DNA of 64,000 nucleotides from Escherichia coli (GTDB lineage Bacteria; Pseudomonadota; Gammaproteobacteria; Enterobacterales; Enterobacteriaceae): NCBI RefSeq assembly GCF_002854065.1, contig NZ_CP024151.1; one strand, 5' to 3'. Shown piece by piece: positions 8,839 to 21,200 of this stretch (position 1 is its first letter; each line of letters starts with the position of its first letter). The notes under the pieces were generated by a model. It saw only the letters and a program-made list of their open reading frames with translations, ran no database searches and was not told where the DNA came from. The position numbers and the translations under genes were made by a program.

Positions 8839-9289
8839 GGCTTGATATAAACCTGGCAGGCAAGGGATCTGGTTAACTCCTTTCCTTCCATAAAGTGTTT
8901 GAAGATCCAGAGATACGTATCCACAAGCTCCAGCCCTGTACTCTGTGTCCCCGACTGGAAGACCTGCGGTTCAGCTGGTATTTCCGTTACATCCATGACC
9001 GGTGTCTGCGCAGCAGTGCCTGTCATCAGGATCCTGTCACTCTTTCGACCGACAGCTTATGGCATACAGTTGGGCTCGTAAGATCCAGAGTCAATAACTG
9101 ACAGGGTTTATTCTGTCATCCTCCGGCAACAAAGGCATATACGATATTCACTTATTTTGTCGGCCCAACGGCTTTTTACAGTAGCTCGTTTTGCCCAACT
9201 GATGCTACAGCTCTTTGGTTTGCTTCATCACGGATATCAGCTCCGACACAGGCACAGCTGACTGGTTGCAACGTCTGCACTTCTCTGGA

Positions 9290-9385
9290 CCTGAAACGTC
9301 AATTATCAGGATTCTGACGATTAGTCTTAAGACTGTCGATAAATTAAGTGATGCCAGTTGTCAGGATATTCATGGAGCCAGTCTG
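9290..9385 (+). mobile_element. IS2-like (IS3 family) terminal inverted-repeat remnant
   Basis: GTCTTAAGACTGTCGATAAATTAAGTGATGCCAGTTGTCAGGATATTCATGGAGCCAGTCTG resembles the reverse complement of the IS2 left end seen at 17840-17908; no transposase attached. Confidence 0.4.
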
Positions 9386-9636
9386 CATGCGCCTCTGGCG
9401 TTGAGACAAACATATGAAGTGTATTTGGGATATGACTGTACGCTCAGGAAGTACGGCAGATTCCGTCAAAAATTACCTGTAAAGACAGACTTCAGAAAAA
9501 ACAGTGCTCGCCGCAGACCGGTGACCGGGCGAAGCCCGCGAACCGGCGAGGAAGCGCAATATATCTGTAGTTACAGTGAGCAGGTACGCCCTGAAGCCTT
9601 CATAATCGGTAGTGTATGCTGTTTTTCCGGAATGAT

Positions 9637-9645
9637 TTATCCACA
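9637..9645 (+). promoter_or_regulatory. DnaA box (TTATCCACA) in the RepFIB origin region, next to a GATC cluster
   Basis: Perfect consensus 9-mer; five GATC sites within about 60 bp immediately downstream (9658-9715). Confidence 0.55.
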
Positions 9646-9763
9646 TATCCAGAGGCCCGATCCAGTAAATAGATCCATGAATGATCAATAAAGGATCCAT
9701 TAAAGATCCCCATATCGCTACAAACCTTGTTACTCATGGGCCGGGACCACGATCACATAAGCT

Positions 9764-9870
9764 GTGGCATGTTACTGATAAACTGTAATATGCTAATGAT
9801 AAGCTGTATTCAGTAATGCATATACTGAAGTAAGCTAATGACATAAACTATGGTCAGTACGCCAGACTCT
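9764..9870 (+). repeat. RepFIB upstream iterons (about 5 direct repeats at 21-bp spacing)
   Basis: Repeats of ATAAGCTGT / ATAAACTGT / ATATACTGA units spaced about 21 bp apart upstream of the rep gene. Confidence 0.7.
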
Positions 9871-10012
9871 GTTGTTAAATACAGACTGCAGGTTTTTCTT
9901 CAGTCAGTTAGCGGGGCTCTGACACACGATTTGCTGTTTATTCTTTTACTGTCCACAGGCAGGAGGCTTTCTGGAAAACGAAAATTCAGACATCAAAAAA
10001 CTGTTCGGCGAG

Positions 10013-10990
10013 GTGGATAAGTCGTCCGGTGAGCTGGTGACACTGACACCAAACAATAACAACACCGTACAACCTGTGGCGCTGATGCGTCTGGGCGTCT
10101 TTGTACCGACCCTTAAGTCACTGAAGAACAGTAAAAAAAATACTCTGTCACGCACCGATGCCACGGAAGAACTGACGCGTCTTTCCCTGGCCCGTGCAGA
10201 AGGATTCGATAAGGTTGAGATCACCGGCCCCCGGCTGGATATGGATAACGATTTCAAGACCTGGGTGGGGATCATTCATTCCTTTGCCCGCCATAACGTG
10301 ATTGGTGACAAAGTTGAACTGCCTTTTGTCGAGTTTGCAAAACTGTGTGGTATACCCTCAAGCCAGTCATCACGCAGGCTGCGTGAGCGCATCAGCCCTT
10401 CCCTGAAACGCATTGCCGGTACCGTGATCTCCTTTTCCCGCACCGATGAGAAGCACACCCGGGAATACATCACCCATCTGGTACAGTCAGCCTACTACGA
10501 TACTGAGCGGGATATTGTTCAGTTACAGGCTGATCCCCGCCTGTTTGAACTGTACCAGTTTGACAGAAAAGTCCTTCTCCAGCTTAAGGCGATTAATGCC
10601 CTGAAGCGACGGGAGTCCGCCCAGGCACTCTACACCTTTATAGAGAGCCTGCCCCGGGATCCGGCACCGATATCGCTGGCGCGGCTGCGTGCACGCCTCA
10701 ATCTGAAGTCTCCGGTATTTTCCCAGAACCAGACGGTCAGACGGGCAATGGAGCAGTTACGCGAGATTGGATATCTTGATTACACGGAGATCCAGCGGGG
10801 GCGAACAAAACTCTTCTGTATTCACTACCGGCGTCCCCGGTTAAAAGCGCCGAATGATGAGAGTAAGGAAAATCCGTTGCCACCTTCACCTGCGGAAAAA
10901 GTCAGTCCGGAGATGGCGGAGAAACTTGCCCTGCTTGAAAAACTGGGCATCACGCTGGATGACCTGGAAAAACTCTTCAAATCCCGCTGA
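10013..10990 (+). CDS. repB: RepFIB replication initiation protein
   Basis: 325-aa [79 protein letters not shown]... recognisable as the IncFIB initiator; flanked by iterons on both sides. Confidence 0.9.
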   Translation: MDKSSGELVTLTPNNNNTVQPVALMRLGVFVPTLKSLKNSKKNTLSRTDATEELTRLSLARAEGFDKVEITGPRLDMDNDFKTWVGIIHSFARHNVIGDKVELPFVEFAKLCGIPSSQSSRRLRERISPSLKRIAGTVISFSRTDEKHTREYITHLVQSAYYDTERDIVQLQADPRLFELYQFDRKVLLQLKAINALKRRESAQALYTFIESLPRDPAPISLARLRARLNLKSPVFSQNQTVRRAMEQLREIGYLDYTEIQRGRTKLFCIHYRRPRLKAPNDESKENPLPPSPAEKVSPEMAEKLALLEKLGITLDDLEKLFKSR

Positions 10991-10991
10991 A

Positions 10992-11260
10992 CATAAACTG
11001 TAGTCAGTGAAGAACGCCCCTTTACTGACTACAGCTTATATTAACCGGTGCAGTGAGTGCTCTGCTCACTGCAGTTTATATTCTGTTTCCTGCAGTACTG
11101 TCTGTAGCTGAGCTGCCATCTGCCTGTCCCTTACGTAAGTGATCCCGTAACCTGATGCTGAGGCATTGCTCCCTTCATAAAACATGACTTACTCACTACA
11201 GCTTATATACATGCTCCAGCTTATGTTATGTCTGTTCTGCTGACCACAGCTTATATAAGG
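10992..11260 (+). repeat. RepFIB downstream iterons
   Basis: Repeated CTACAGCTTATAT / CAGTTTATAT units (for example near 11031, 11076, 11191, 11246). Confidence 0.7.
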
Positions 11261-11274
11261 AAGCGCGTATGCCG

Positions 11275-12015
11275 TCACCTCAGGGGAGGCAGTGTACGCA
11301 GGATCTCCGCAGCATCCCGCCCGTCACCTGTGAAAGGCACTGCCAGCGTGGCAGCCATATCCAGTGCAAACACCCGCGTATAAACCTCCATCGAACGTGG
11401 ATCCCTGTGACCAGCCAGTGCCTGAATGACTTTCCGGGGCTGGCGGTGATAGAGCATGTGCATGATATAGCTGTGCCGGAAGGTGTGTGGTGTGACCGGA
11501 ATCGAAAAGTGTACCCCGTCAGCTTCGGCCCGTCTGACAGCCTGCTTCAGCCAGTTGCGCATGGTTTCGTCGGTCACGGCCCATAATGGTTCACGACGAC
11601 GGGGCCGGGTGGTGATCATCCAGCTTTCCATCTGCCTGACATAGCTTATATCTGTCAGCGGAACCAGGCGCACTTCATCTTTTGGCGGGCGTCCGCGTCG
11701 CGCACGCACTTTTTCGGACAGGATCCGCACAAACGGTCTTACTCCATCCAGGTCAAATGATTCCGGTGTCAGCATCCGGGCTTCGCCAATACGCATTCCG
11801 GTATTCCAGAGGGTGGCGAACAGCATATGGTGACGCTGATCCGGCATATAGAAAAGAAGGGCACTCACTTCCGGGGCCAGCAGGTAGGCCGGTGTGGCCC
11901 CCGTGGAAGTGGCCATTCTTCTCAGGGAGAGCGCTGTTGCAAAATCCACCCCCGGCGCAATGGGTAACAGGGAGACGCGTTCTGGTGAATTCTGCAGGGG
12001 AATGACATTGTTCAT
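11275..12015 (-). CDS. int: Tyrosine site-specific recombinase (RepFIB-associated integrase)
   Basis: 246-aa ORF with the C-terminal catalytic region ...[40 protein letters not shown] (R-H-R-Y family). Confidence 0.8.
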   Translation of the reverse strand: MNNVIPLQNSPERVSLLPIAPGVDFATALSLRRMATSTGATPAYLLAPEVSALLFYMPDQRHHMLFATLWNTGMRIGEARMLTPESFDLDGVRPFVRILSEKVRARRGRPPKDEVRLVPLTDISYVRQMESWMITTRPRRREPLWAVTDETMRNWLKQAVRRAEADGVHFSIPVTPHTFRHSYIMHMLYHRQPRKVIQALAGHRDPRSMEVYTRVFALDMAATLAVPFTGDGRDAAEILRTLPPLR

Positions 12016-12771
12016 GAGTTATTTTTCACGTAGCACACGCACTGTTTATGGATACAGGTATTCTGACCTGAACGCCCGGATCCTTCCACGACAATAAATC
12101 GCAGCACGCGGATCCTTTTGTTTGCTTATCACACATTATTGCGGGTAAAACCAAATACGTAAAGGCGCATTTTGCCGCAGGGATCCCGTCTTAAGCCAGT
12201 CGTGGCGCGGGCTGATGGCTGGTTTGCCGTTTTTGGGAGAATTGGGGTAATGCCAGGATGAATGGGATCGGAGAAAACAGAGAAAGGGAACAGAAAGGGA
12301 GAAGGTGCACCACGTGTATTCTGGCCCGGGACGTCACCGTCCCCCTGACAGTTTGACTTTACACAGGAAGGTTGCAGACTCAGCATAATGACTGATTTAT
12401 ATGCAATCCTGCCCATGATTAATATAAATCATAATAATGATTATGCAGAAAATCACTTTCGATAAGATGTATATAATTACTACATTTCCATATAGCATTT
12501 TCCGCATAAAATAAGAAAATATATGTAACTAAAATGTATCAAGTCTGAGATATGATATTATATTAGTGCCTTATTCATTGCCTGATATCCTCTTTCCGTA
12601 ACCTGCATGTACATGAATCTTACTCATGATTGCCACTCTCTTATTTATCCTAAGTCCTGTCCCCTCTGAACTGGCGTTTCCTGCGCTCAACTGATATCAA
12701 AAGAGGGTTAGCAGGCCCTGACATCAAAGCACTGATGTTATTTAATGTCGGGAGTAATATTTTATTTAATA

Positions 12772-14271
12772 TCAGTTAGTGTCTCCGGTACCACTTCCCT
12801 GACACGTTATATCTTCAGATTTCCCCGGAAACAGGAGGTGACGAACAACAGCCTCATCCACACATAAATTAGAGCCAGCTAGCGCCAGCGTATGCCCGTC
12901 ACCGTTAATAGTCAGTAACGGAGCTGAAAATTTATCTGCCATTTTACGGGCATTTATCCAGGGAGTTGTCGGATCATATTTGTGTGCCACAAACAGTAAA
13001 CCGGATGGTAAAACAGTATTCTTCAGGCGTGTCTGTTGCAGATCGCGATGAATTGGCCATAATTCACAAAATTCAGGTAAATCGGACTGTTCCCTCTCAA
13101 AATCAACGGCCGGAAATGCGTCAGCAAGGGCTTTTTTTCGCGATTTTCGTTGTTCCTGTGATAATTGTTCATCACTCTGATCAACACATAATATTACACC
13201 CAGAGCATCACTGACTTTTTCCGATGCTATGGAAGAATTAAGTGCAGTTTCAATTTCATTGCTGACAATACCCTGAGAGAACTGACGTACGGCCGTTGCA
13301 AGTGTTGGCCATGATGAGCGCCATAACAGAAGCTCTGTCGTTAATGATATGAGATCATCTGAAGATATACTTTCCCCCCTGCTGTCTGTTAAAGGAGAAT
13401 TATGTAATTTTAATAAAAGCTGATGGAACTGATGTATTGCCTGATTCCTGTCTGAAGAAAGTGGACAACTTTTTGTCCTGGCACACCATGCAGCAAAACG
13501 ATCAAACGTTTCCTGATAACTGTGGGCCTGCCTGAGTTTCCATGAAAAATTATCATTTAAATCATCAATATCAACGACACCGTCAAAAACTATAGATCTG
13601 ATACTGGATGGAAAGCGTTCGGCATATAAGGCTGCAATCTGTGTACCGTATGAATATGCTACAGCTGTCAGTTGTTTATCTCCCAGAGCTTGTCTGATGC
13701 GTTCAATATCATATACAGCCTCATGAGATCCAATATGGCGAATGACTTCAGCTCCTGTATTATGGATACAGGCATTAATTTTCTGTAAAATTAGTTGCTT
13801 TTCACTTACATTCACCAATCTTTCTTGATTGGGTTGCTGGCAGTTTATGGCAGGAAAGGACTGACCGACACCTCGTGGATCAAAACCGATAATGTCCCAT
13901 GATTCCCGAAGATTGGTGACCGGCCAGTCAAAATTGATATAAGGATTAATTCCGGGTAATCCAGGTCCGCCACTTATTATAATAATACTCCCTTTACGTT
14001 TACTTTTTGCCGGCAACTTTGTCATCGCCAGTCTGACAAGTGGTATATTTTCATCTGACACATCCTCACCTGTGTCGGTATATTTTAGCGGTACAGATAG
14101 ATATCCGCATAACAACTCAGGTGAAGAGCTTTCTGTACCAAACCAGTCACTGTATGGGCTGGTCATACAGGATTGCCACTCGATCTGTCTGGCAGACACA
14201 GTTCCGCAAAGAAAAACAGAAAAGATAAAGAATACTAAAGTCCTTCTTAAAGGCTTCATTATCACACGCAT
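12772..14271 (-). CDS. Secreted alpha/beta-hydrolase, S33-type (prolyl/tripeptidyl aminopeptidase-like)
   Basis: N-terminal signal peptide; GGPG oxyanion-region motif and nucleophile-elbow-like AYSYGTQ; about 500 aa; low-GC context. Confidence 0.55.
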   Translation of the reverse strand: MRVIMKPLRRTLVFFIFSVFLCGTVSARQIEWQSCMTSPYSDWFGTESSSPELLCGYLSVPLKYTDTGEDVSDENIPLVRLAMTKLPAKSKRKGSIIIISGGPGLPGINPYINFDWPVTNLRESWDIIGFDPRGVGQSFPAINCQQPNQERLVNVSEKQLILQKINACIHNTGAEVIRHIGSHEAVYDIERIRQALGDKQLTAVAYSYGTQIAALYAERFPSSIRSIVFDGVVDIDDLNDNFSWKLRQAHSYQETFDRFAAWCARTKSCPLSSDRNQAIHQFHQLLLKLHNSPLTDSRGESISSDDLISLTTELLLWRSSWPTLATAVRQFSQGIVSNEIETALNSSIASEKVSDALGVILCVDQSDEQLSQEQRKSRKKALADAFPAVDFEREQSDLPEFCELWPIHRDLQQTRLKNTVLPSGLLFVAHKYDPTTPWINARKMADKFSAPLLTINGDGHTLALAGSNLCVDEAVVRHLLFPGKSEDITCQGSGTGDTN

Positions 14272-14363
14272 TGCATCTCCTGCATTGGTAAATTATTACC
14301 CTGACCAACAGACAGAATCCCCGGCGGTATAATTCTCACCGGGGATGATGACAGTTAAAGTTG

Positions 14364-15313
14364 TTAAAACGTGTACTTCAGGCCGGCCGTCGTAATGAAG
14401 TTGTAATTTTCAATTCCAGCCCCGTTATTATTATGCTCCGAAGTATTATCACTACGGTCGTAAAGAGATGTATCCCCTTTTTTATTTGTGAGACGACTCC
14501 ATACACCCTCGATGTACACTTTTGCCTCTGGGGTAATATAGTAACCGGCATTAACTGCAACAGAATAGTAATTCTGGTTTATTACTTTGCTTCGGAATGT
14601 AGTTTGTCTTACATAATGCTCATCATTATCAGATCCCCTGACCCACCCGCTGTATTTAAATGCACCACCAAACTCAAAATTATCGTAACGGTAGTTTCCT
14701 GTCAGACCGACATAAGGAATTTTAAAATGTTGTTTATAACCAATCACTTTTATTTTATCAGGTAACGCTCCCGTTTCATTCCGGAAACCACCATTCTCAC
14801 TGTAAATATAAGTTCCTCCTGTAGCATTAAAACTGTAACGGCTTTCCTGATAACCTGCCATAATAGCAAGGCGATAATCAGATTCTTTTAAAAACCAGCC
14901 TTTAACGTTCAAATCAAATTCGTTGGCATAATTAAGACGTGTATCAGGATGCCTGCTTTCATCTGTCCATGTTCCGGGAGTCCCGGAATCCATCCAGTCC
15001 TGATCAACCATATCCCCCCCCCCCGACTATTGAGAGTGGTCCAGCCAGCTGCACCAACAGATAACCATGGATTCAGCTCCCAGTTAACGGCGCCTTTAAG
15101 AATGGCGGCGTTACTGTATTTCCAGTCCAGTTGGCTGACTTTACGTCCACCTTCTTCAGGCTCATAAACCCGTTCTTTTGTTTTGCCACTCAGTGTACCT
15201 AAATTAATCTCTGTACTTATTTTCTCCGGGCCGAAGAAATCAGAAGCAGAAGCTTCCTGAGAACTGAATACCACAGGTGCTGCAAGAATAATTGCCAGAA
15301 GCTTAGTTTGCAT
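14364..15313 (-). pseudogene. ompT: Plasmid-borne omptin (OmpT-family outer-membrane protease) interrupted by a frameshift in an 11-nt homopolymer
   Basis: Two overlapping ORFs (14909-15313 and 14364-15011) together match OmpT end to end (MQTKLLAIILAAP...SRGGG / MVDQDWMDSGTPGTWTDESRHPD...AGLKYTF); the frame changes at C11 on the plus strand (15014-15024). Confidence 0.8.
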
Positions 15314-15419
15314 AACAATGACTCCCTTCTGTCACTTCTACATATGTATATGATTCTTTTGATGTACACCGGTAAGTCAATTATCAGTACTTAATTTGTT
15401 TAGCTTTTGTTTAACCTAA

Positions 15420-16614
<1,195 letters not shown>

Positions 16615-17494
16615 TTAACCCATTACAAGCCCGCTGCCGCAGATATTCCCGTGGCGAGCGATAACCCAGCGCACTATGCGGATGCCATTCGTTATAATGC
16701 TCGAACGCCTCTGCAAGGTTCTTTGCTGCCGTTAACCCGTCTGGTTTGGGCATGATACTGATGTAGTCACGCTTTATCGTTTTCACGAAGCTCTCTGCTA
16801 TTCCGTTACTCTCCGGACTCCGCACCGCCGTGTTCTTCGGTTCAAGTCCCAACATCCGGGCGAACTGGCGTGTTTCATTAGCCCGGTAGCATGAACCATT
16901 ATCCGTCAGCCACTCCACTGGAGACGACGGAAGATCGTTGCCGAAGCGGCGTTCCACCGCTCCCAGCATGACGTCCTGTACTGTTTCACTGTTGAAGCCG
17001 CCGGTAGTGACCGCCCAGTGCAGTGCCTCACGATCACAGCAGTCCAGCGCGAACGTGACACGCAGTCTCTCTCCGTTATCACAGCAGAACTCGAACCCGT
17101 CAGAGCACCATCGCTGATTGCTTTCTTTCACGGCCACTCTGCCTGTATGTGCCCGTTTCGATGGCGGTACAGCAGGTTTTCGCTCAAGCAACAGCGCATT
17201 CTGGCGCATGATCCGGTAAACACGTTTGGCATTGATCGCAGGCATACCATCAAGTTCTGCCTGTCTGCGAAGCAGCGCCCATACCCGACGATAACCATAC
17301 GTGGGCAGCTCTCCGATAACATGGTGTATACGGAGAAGCACATCCGTATCATCAGTGTGACGACTGCGGCGGCCATCCATCCAGTCATCGGTTCGTCTGA
17401 GAATGACGTGCAACTGCGCACGCGACACCCGGAGACAACGGCTGACTAAGCTTACTCCCCATCCCCGGGCAATAAGGGCGCGTGCGCTATCCAC
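16615..17494 (-). pseudogene. insD: IS2 OrfB (InsD), 3'-truncated; the track ORF runs on into IS5 sequence
   Basis: About 97% identical to orfB of copy 2 until the C-terminus, which diverges (…[12 protein letters not shown] versus …[13 protein letters not shown]) at the IS5 junction. Confidence 0.75.
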
Positions 17495-17862
17495 TTTTTT
17501 GCCCGTCCATATTCAACGGCTTCTTTGAGGAGTTCATTTTCCATCGTTTTCTTGCCGAGCAGGCGCTGGAGTTCTTTAATCTGCTTCATGGCGGCAGCAA
17601 GTTCAGAGGCAGGAACAACCTGTTCTCCGGCGGCGACAGCAGTAAGACTTCCTTCCTGGTATTGCTTACGCCAGAGAAATAACTGGCTGGCTGCTACACC
17701 ATGTTGCCGGGCAACGAGGGAGACCGTCATCCCCGGTTCAAAGCTCTGCTGAACAATTGCGATCTTTTCCTGTGTGGTACGCCGTCTGCGTTTCTCCGGC
17801 CCTAAGACATCAATCATCTGTTCTCCAATGACTAGTCTAAAAACTAGTATTAAGACTATCAC
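17452..17862 (-). CDS. insC: IS2 OrfA (InsC)
   Basis: 136-aa [58 protein letters not shown]...; identical to the copy at 36148-36558. Confidence 0.85.
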
Positions 17863-18294
17863 TTATTTAAGTGATATTGGTTGTCTGGAGATTCAGGGGG
17901 CCAGTCTACTGGCACATTATCTATTTGATATACTGATATGGTTCTGTAATGAGGTAAGAGTTTAGCTACTAAATGGAGGGCCTGACGCAACTACAGGATA
18001 TGAGGTGAAAATATCGTCCTGATATGGCATAGTGAAATATTATAGTCGCTTTCTTAACTTATCCGGGCCTGGATAAAGTCCTCAGTTTTTTCTGATGGAT
18101 TGTTGGATTTTTTAAGATTTTTTTATCTTTTTACTTCAAAAAAGATCTTGTAATTATTGCAGTAAGTTGCATTGATAATGATTTTGCTATTGTATACAAA
18201 AAAACAGACCTTATAGCATAGCACTTTTAAATTTGTATATTACAATATACATAAAAGTCATGTCAATTATCACTTAAGGTTTGTTAAAAATCAT

Positions 18295-21200
18295 ATGAGC
18301 CATAAATTTTATTATGTTATCTCTTTCCTTCTCTCTCTGGCATCATCACCTTCGATAGGTGATGAAATGAATTGCCAACGTTATTTTTGTTTTGTTAATG
18401 GCATTGTTGAAATAAGGACTGCTCCCGAAGAATATCAAAACAAGCCAGTTCTGGTTGGTTCACAAAGTGACGGGCTATTAATTATTGATAATCATGCGGA
18501 TATTGAGGATGGTATATTTTCCACACTTCATATTGGTAATGGATATAATGGTGCTGTTGATGTTATTAATGGTGCTGCTTTACATATGGATAATCGTTCA
18601 GGAAGCGCACCTCTTATTGTAGGTGCATTCGGTAATGATATTGCAGGAAAACTTAATATTTCTGGCAGAAACAGTATAGTATCATATAGAGATACGCCCA
18701 GCAGTTCTGGACATAACGAATCTATTTATGTCGGTTTTGGGCCTGGTGCAACAGGATGGATTAATATTTTTAATGGTGGAGTATTTGAAGTTTTAAATAG
18801 TACTAATATATATGTAGGTTCAGATACTCCTGGTGGGGGAGATGGCAGTATCGTGATTGATGGCAGCAACAGCAAGATGACCGCAGATTTTTCTGAGGCA
18901 TATGTCGGGCTTTATGGTAATGGTGATATTTCCTTAAAAAATGGAGGTCAGTTATCTGCCAGTAACTTATATATAGGAGGTAATGGTAGAGCCATTGTTA
19001 ATATAAGCGGTACTGATTCCAGATTAATTGCAAATATGATAACCATATCAGGAAGTTCTGGTGCGCCGGGTATTTACATAGCAGATCAAGGAATTCTTAA
19101 TGTAGATAACTACATCAATATAACTACGGCAAATGACACAAAAGGGAAATTATTCATCAATAGCGATATGCCTGGAACTATTGAATCTAAAGGGATTCTT
19201 TTTGGTGTTGGGAAGGCAGAGTTGATTTTTAAACATAACTCTGACAATTATGCTTTTTCATCACCTTTAATTTCTAAAAACACAGGTAATGGTATAATTA
19301 ATGCAGAGAGTGGCGAGACGCATCTCACGGGAGATAATACCGATTATAGTGGTTTGTTGAATATTTTACCCACGGCAAGTATTGATATCAGTAGTCAAAA
19401 AAATATCGGCAAGTCAGTAATTGTTAATAATGGGGTGCTGCAAATAACCAGCCAGGATGACTGGACATTCAATAATAATATGACTGGTAACGGTTATCTT
19501 AATGTTCATACTGGTGGACATAATTTTGCTTTCCAGAATTCAACGAATACACAGGAATTTACAGGTACGCTGGCATTGTCTGATACACTCTTTGACTTGA
19601 GTGACGACAATACCACTGCACTAACTTCAGCACTAGTGCTTGCTGGGGTCGGGAGTGTGATAACTGCAGGTACTGGAACTCAGGTTATTAACGGATTTTC
19701 ATTTGACGGTGGAGCCGTAAATTTCGGTGCCGTAACTCAGGGAGCTCAGCAAACTGAATCCCAGATTCAGGTTACTGACAATCTGTATATCAATGGAAAT
19801 GGTGCTGTACGGGTTTCAACACCCACAGATGTGAATGGTATTCCACAGGTTATTAATTCTTCACTTTCATTGCTGGAACAGGATGACAGTAATGCCACCA
19901 TTAAACTTGTAGATGCAAGTTCCGCAGTTGTAAAGGGGAATGGTGGAAACCTTCAACTGCAGGATGCCTCCGGGCAAGTAATATCCTCAGGTAAGCAAAG
20001 GAATATAGTTCAACTGGGAAAAAATGTTGCTAAGGGGGTATACGATTATCGTCTGACATCAGGGCCCCATAATGATGGACTGTATATAGGTTATGCTCTG
20101 ACTCAGCTTGATTTGCTAGCCTCTGGTGTTGATGCACTCGTGCTTGATGCTGCAGGTACAACTGGAAATGCAGCAGACATGAGTGCCCGTATCACAGGTG
20201 CCGGAGACCTGGCTTTCAACAGTCAGAAAGGAGAAACCGTTTCTCTGTCGAATCAGGATAATGATTACACAGGAGTTACAGCTATCCGCGGTGGTAATGT
20301 CCTCATGAACAGCAACAGTGTTCTGGGACAGACCAGCGAGATTCGTCTGGCTACTGATACCCGGCTGGACATGAACGGTCATAGCCAGACTGTTGGTAAG
20401 CTTAATGGTGCTGCAGGTTCTGTACTGAACATCAATGGCGGGAATTTGACCCTGACTGATGATGGCGTATCTGCCGGTACTCTGACTGGAGGTGGCTTCC
20501 TGAATATCAGCGGCGGCGTCCTCGATATTACAGGAGGCAACCACACTTTTGCTGTCAGCACCATAATAGCAAAAGATGCAACTGTCCGAATGAACGATGT
20601 TTCCGGACTGGGTACTGGTAACATCAGTAACGCTGGGACATTATCTCTTACTCATGCCTCAGGCTTGCTAAGTAATAATCTGAGTGGTTCTGGTACAGTA
20701 TCTTTGATCAATAGTGATACCCAGATTTCAGGAAATAACAGTAACTACTCAGGGCTGTTTGTAGTAGATACCAGCTCTCAGTTGACTGCCACTGGAGCGC
20801 AGAATCTTGGGATTGCTTCCGTGAGTAACCGTGGAATCTTGCAGCTGAACAACACAACAGACTGGCAACTTATAAATAATGTTACTGGAACCGGTAATGT
20901 CCGTAAAACCGGTTCCGGTTCACTGACTGTCCGAAGCAATGCTGCCTGGAGCGGACAGACAGATATTGATGACGGCTCTCTGATTCTTGGGCAATCTGAT
21001 GCACCTGTCATGCTCGCCAGTAGCCTGGTCAATATTGCAAAGAACGGTAAACTTACCGGATTTGGTGGCGTAGTAGGGAACGTAACCAATAGTGGAAGCC
21101 TTGACCTGCGATCGGCGGCTCCGGGAAATATTCTGACGATTGGAGGTAACTACACCGGTAATAATGGCACGCTGCTCATTAACACAGTGCTGGATGATAG

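Larger units (their letters stand above)
16615..17908 (-). mobile_element. IS2 copy 1, truncated by about 37 bp at its orfB end where IS5 abuts
   Basis: IS2 left-end repeat (reverse complement of TAGACTGGCCCCCTGAATCTCC) ends at 17908; compared with the intact copy at 36102-37432, the last about 37 bp are missing at the IS5 junction. Confidence 0.8.
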
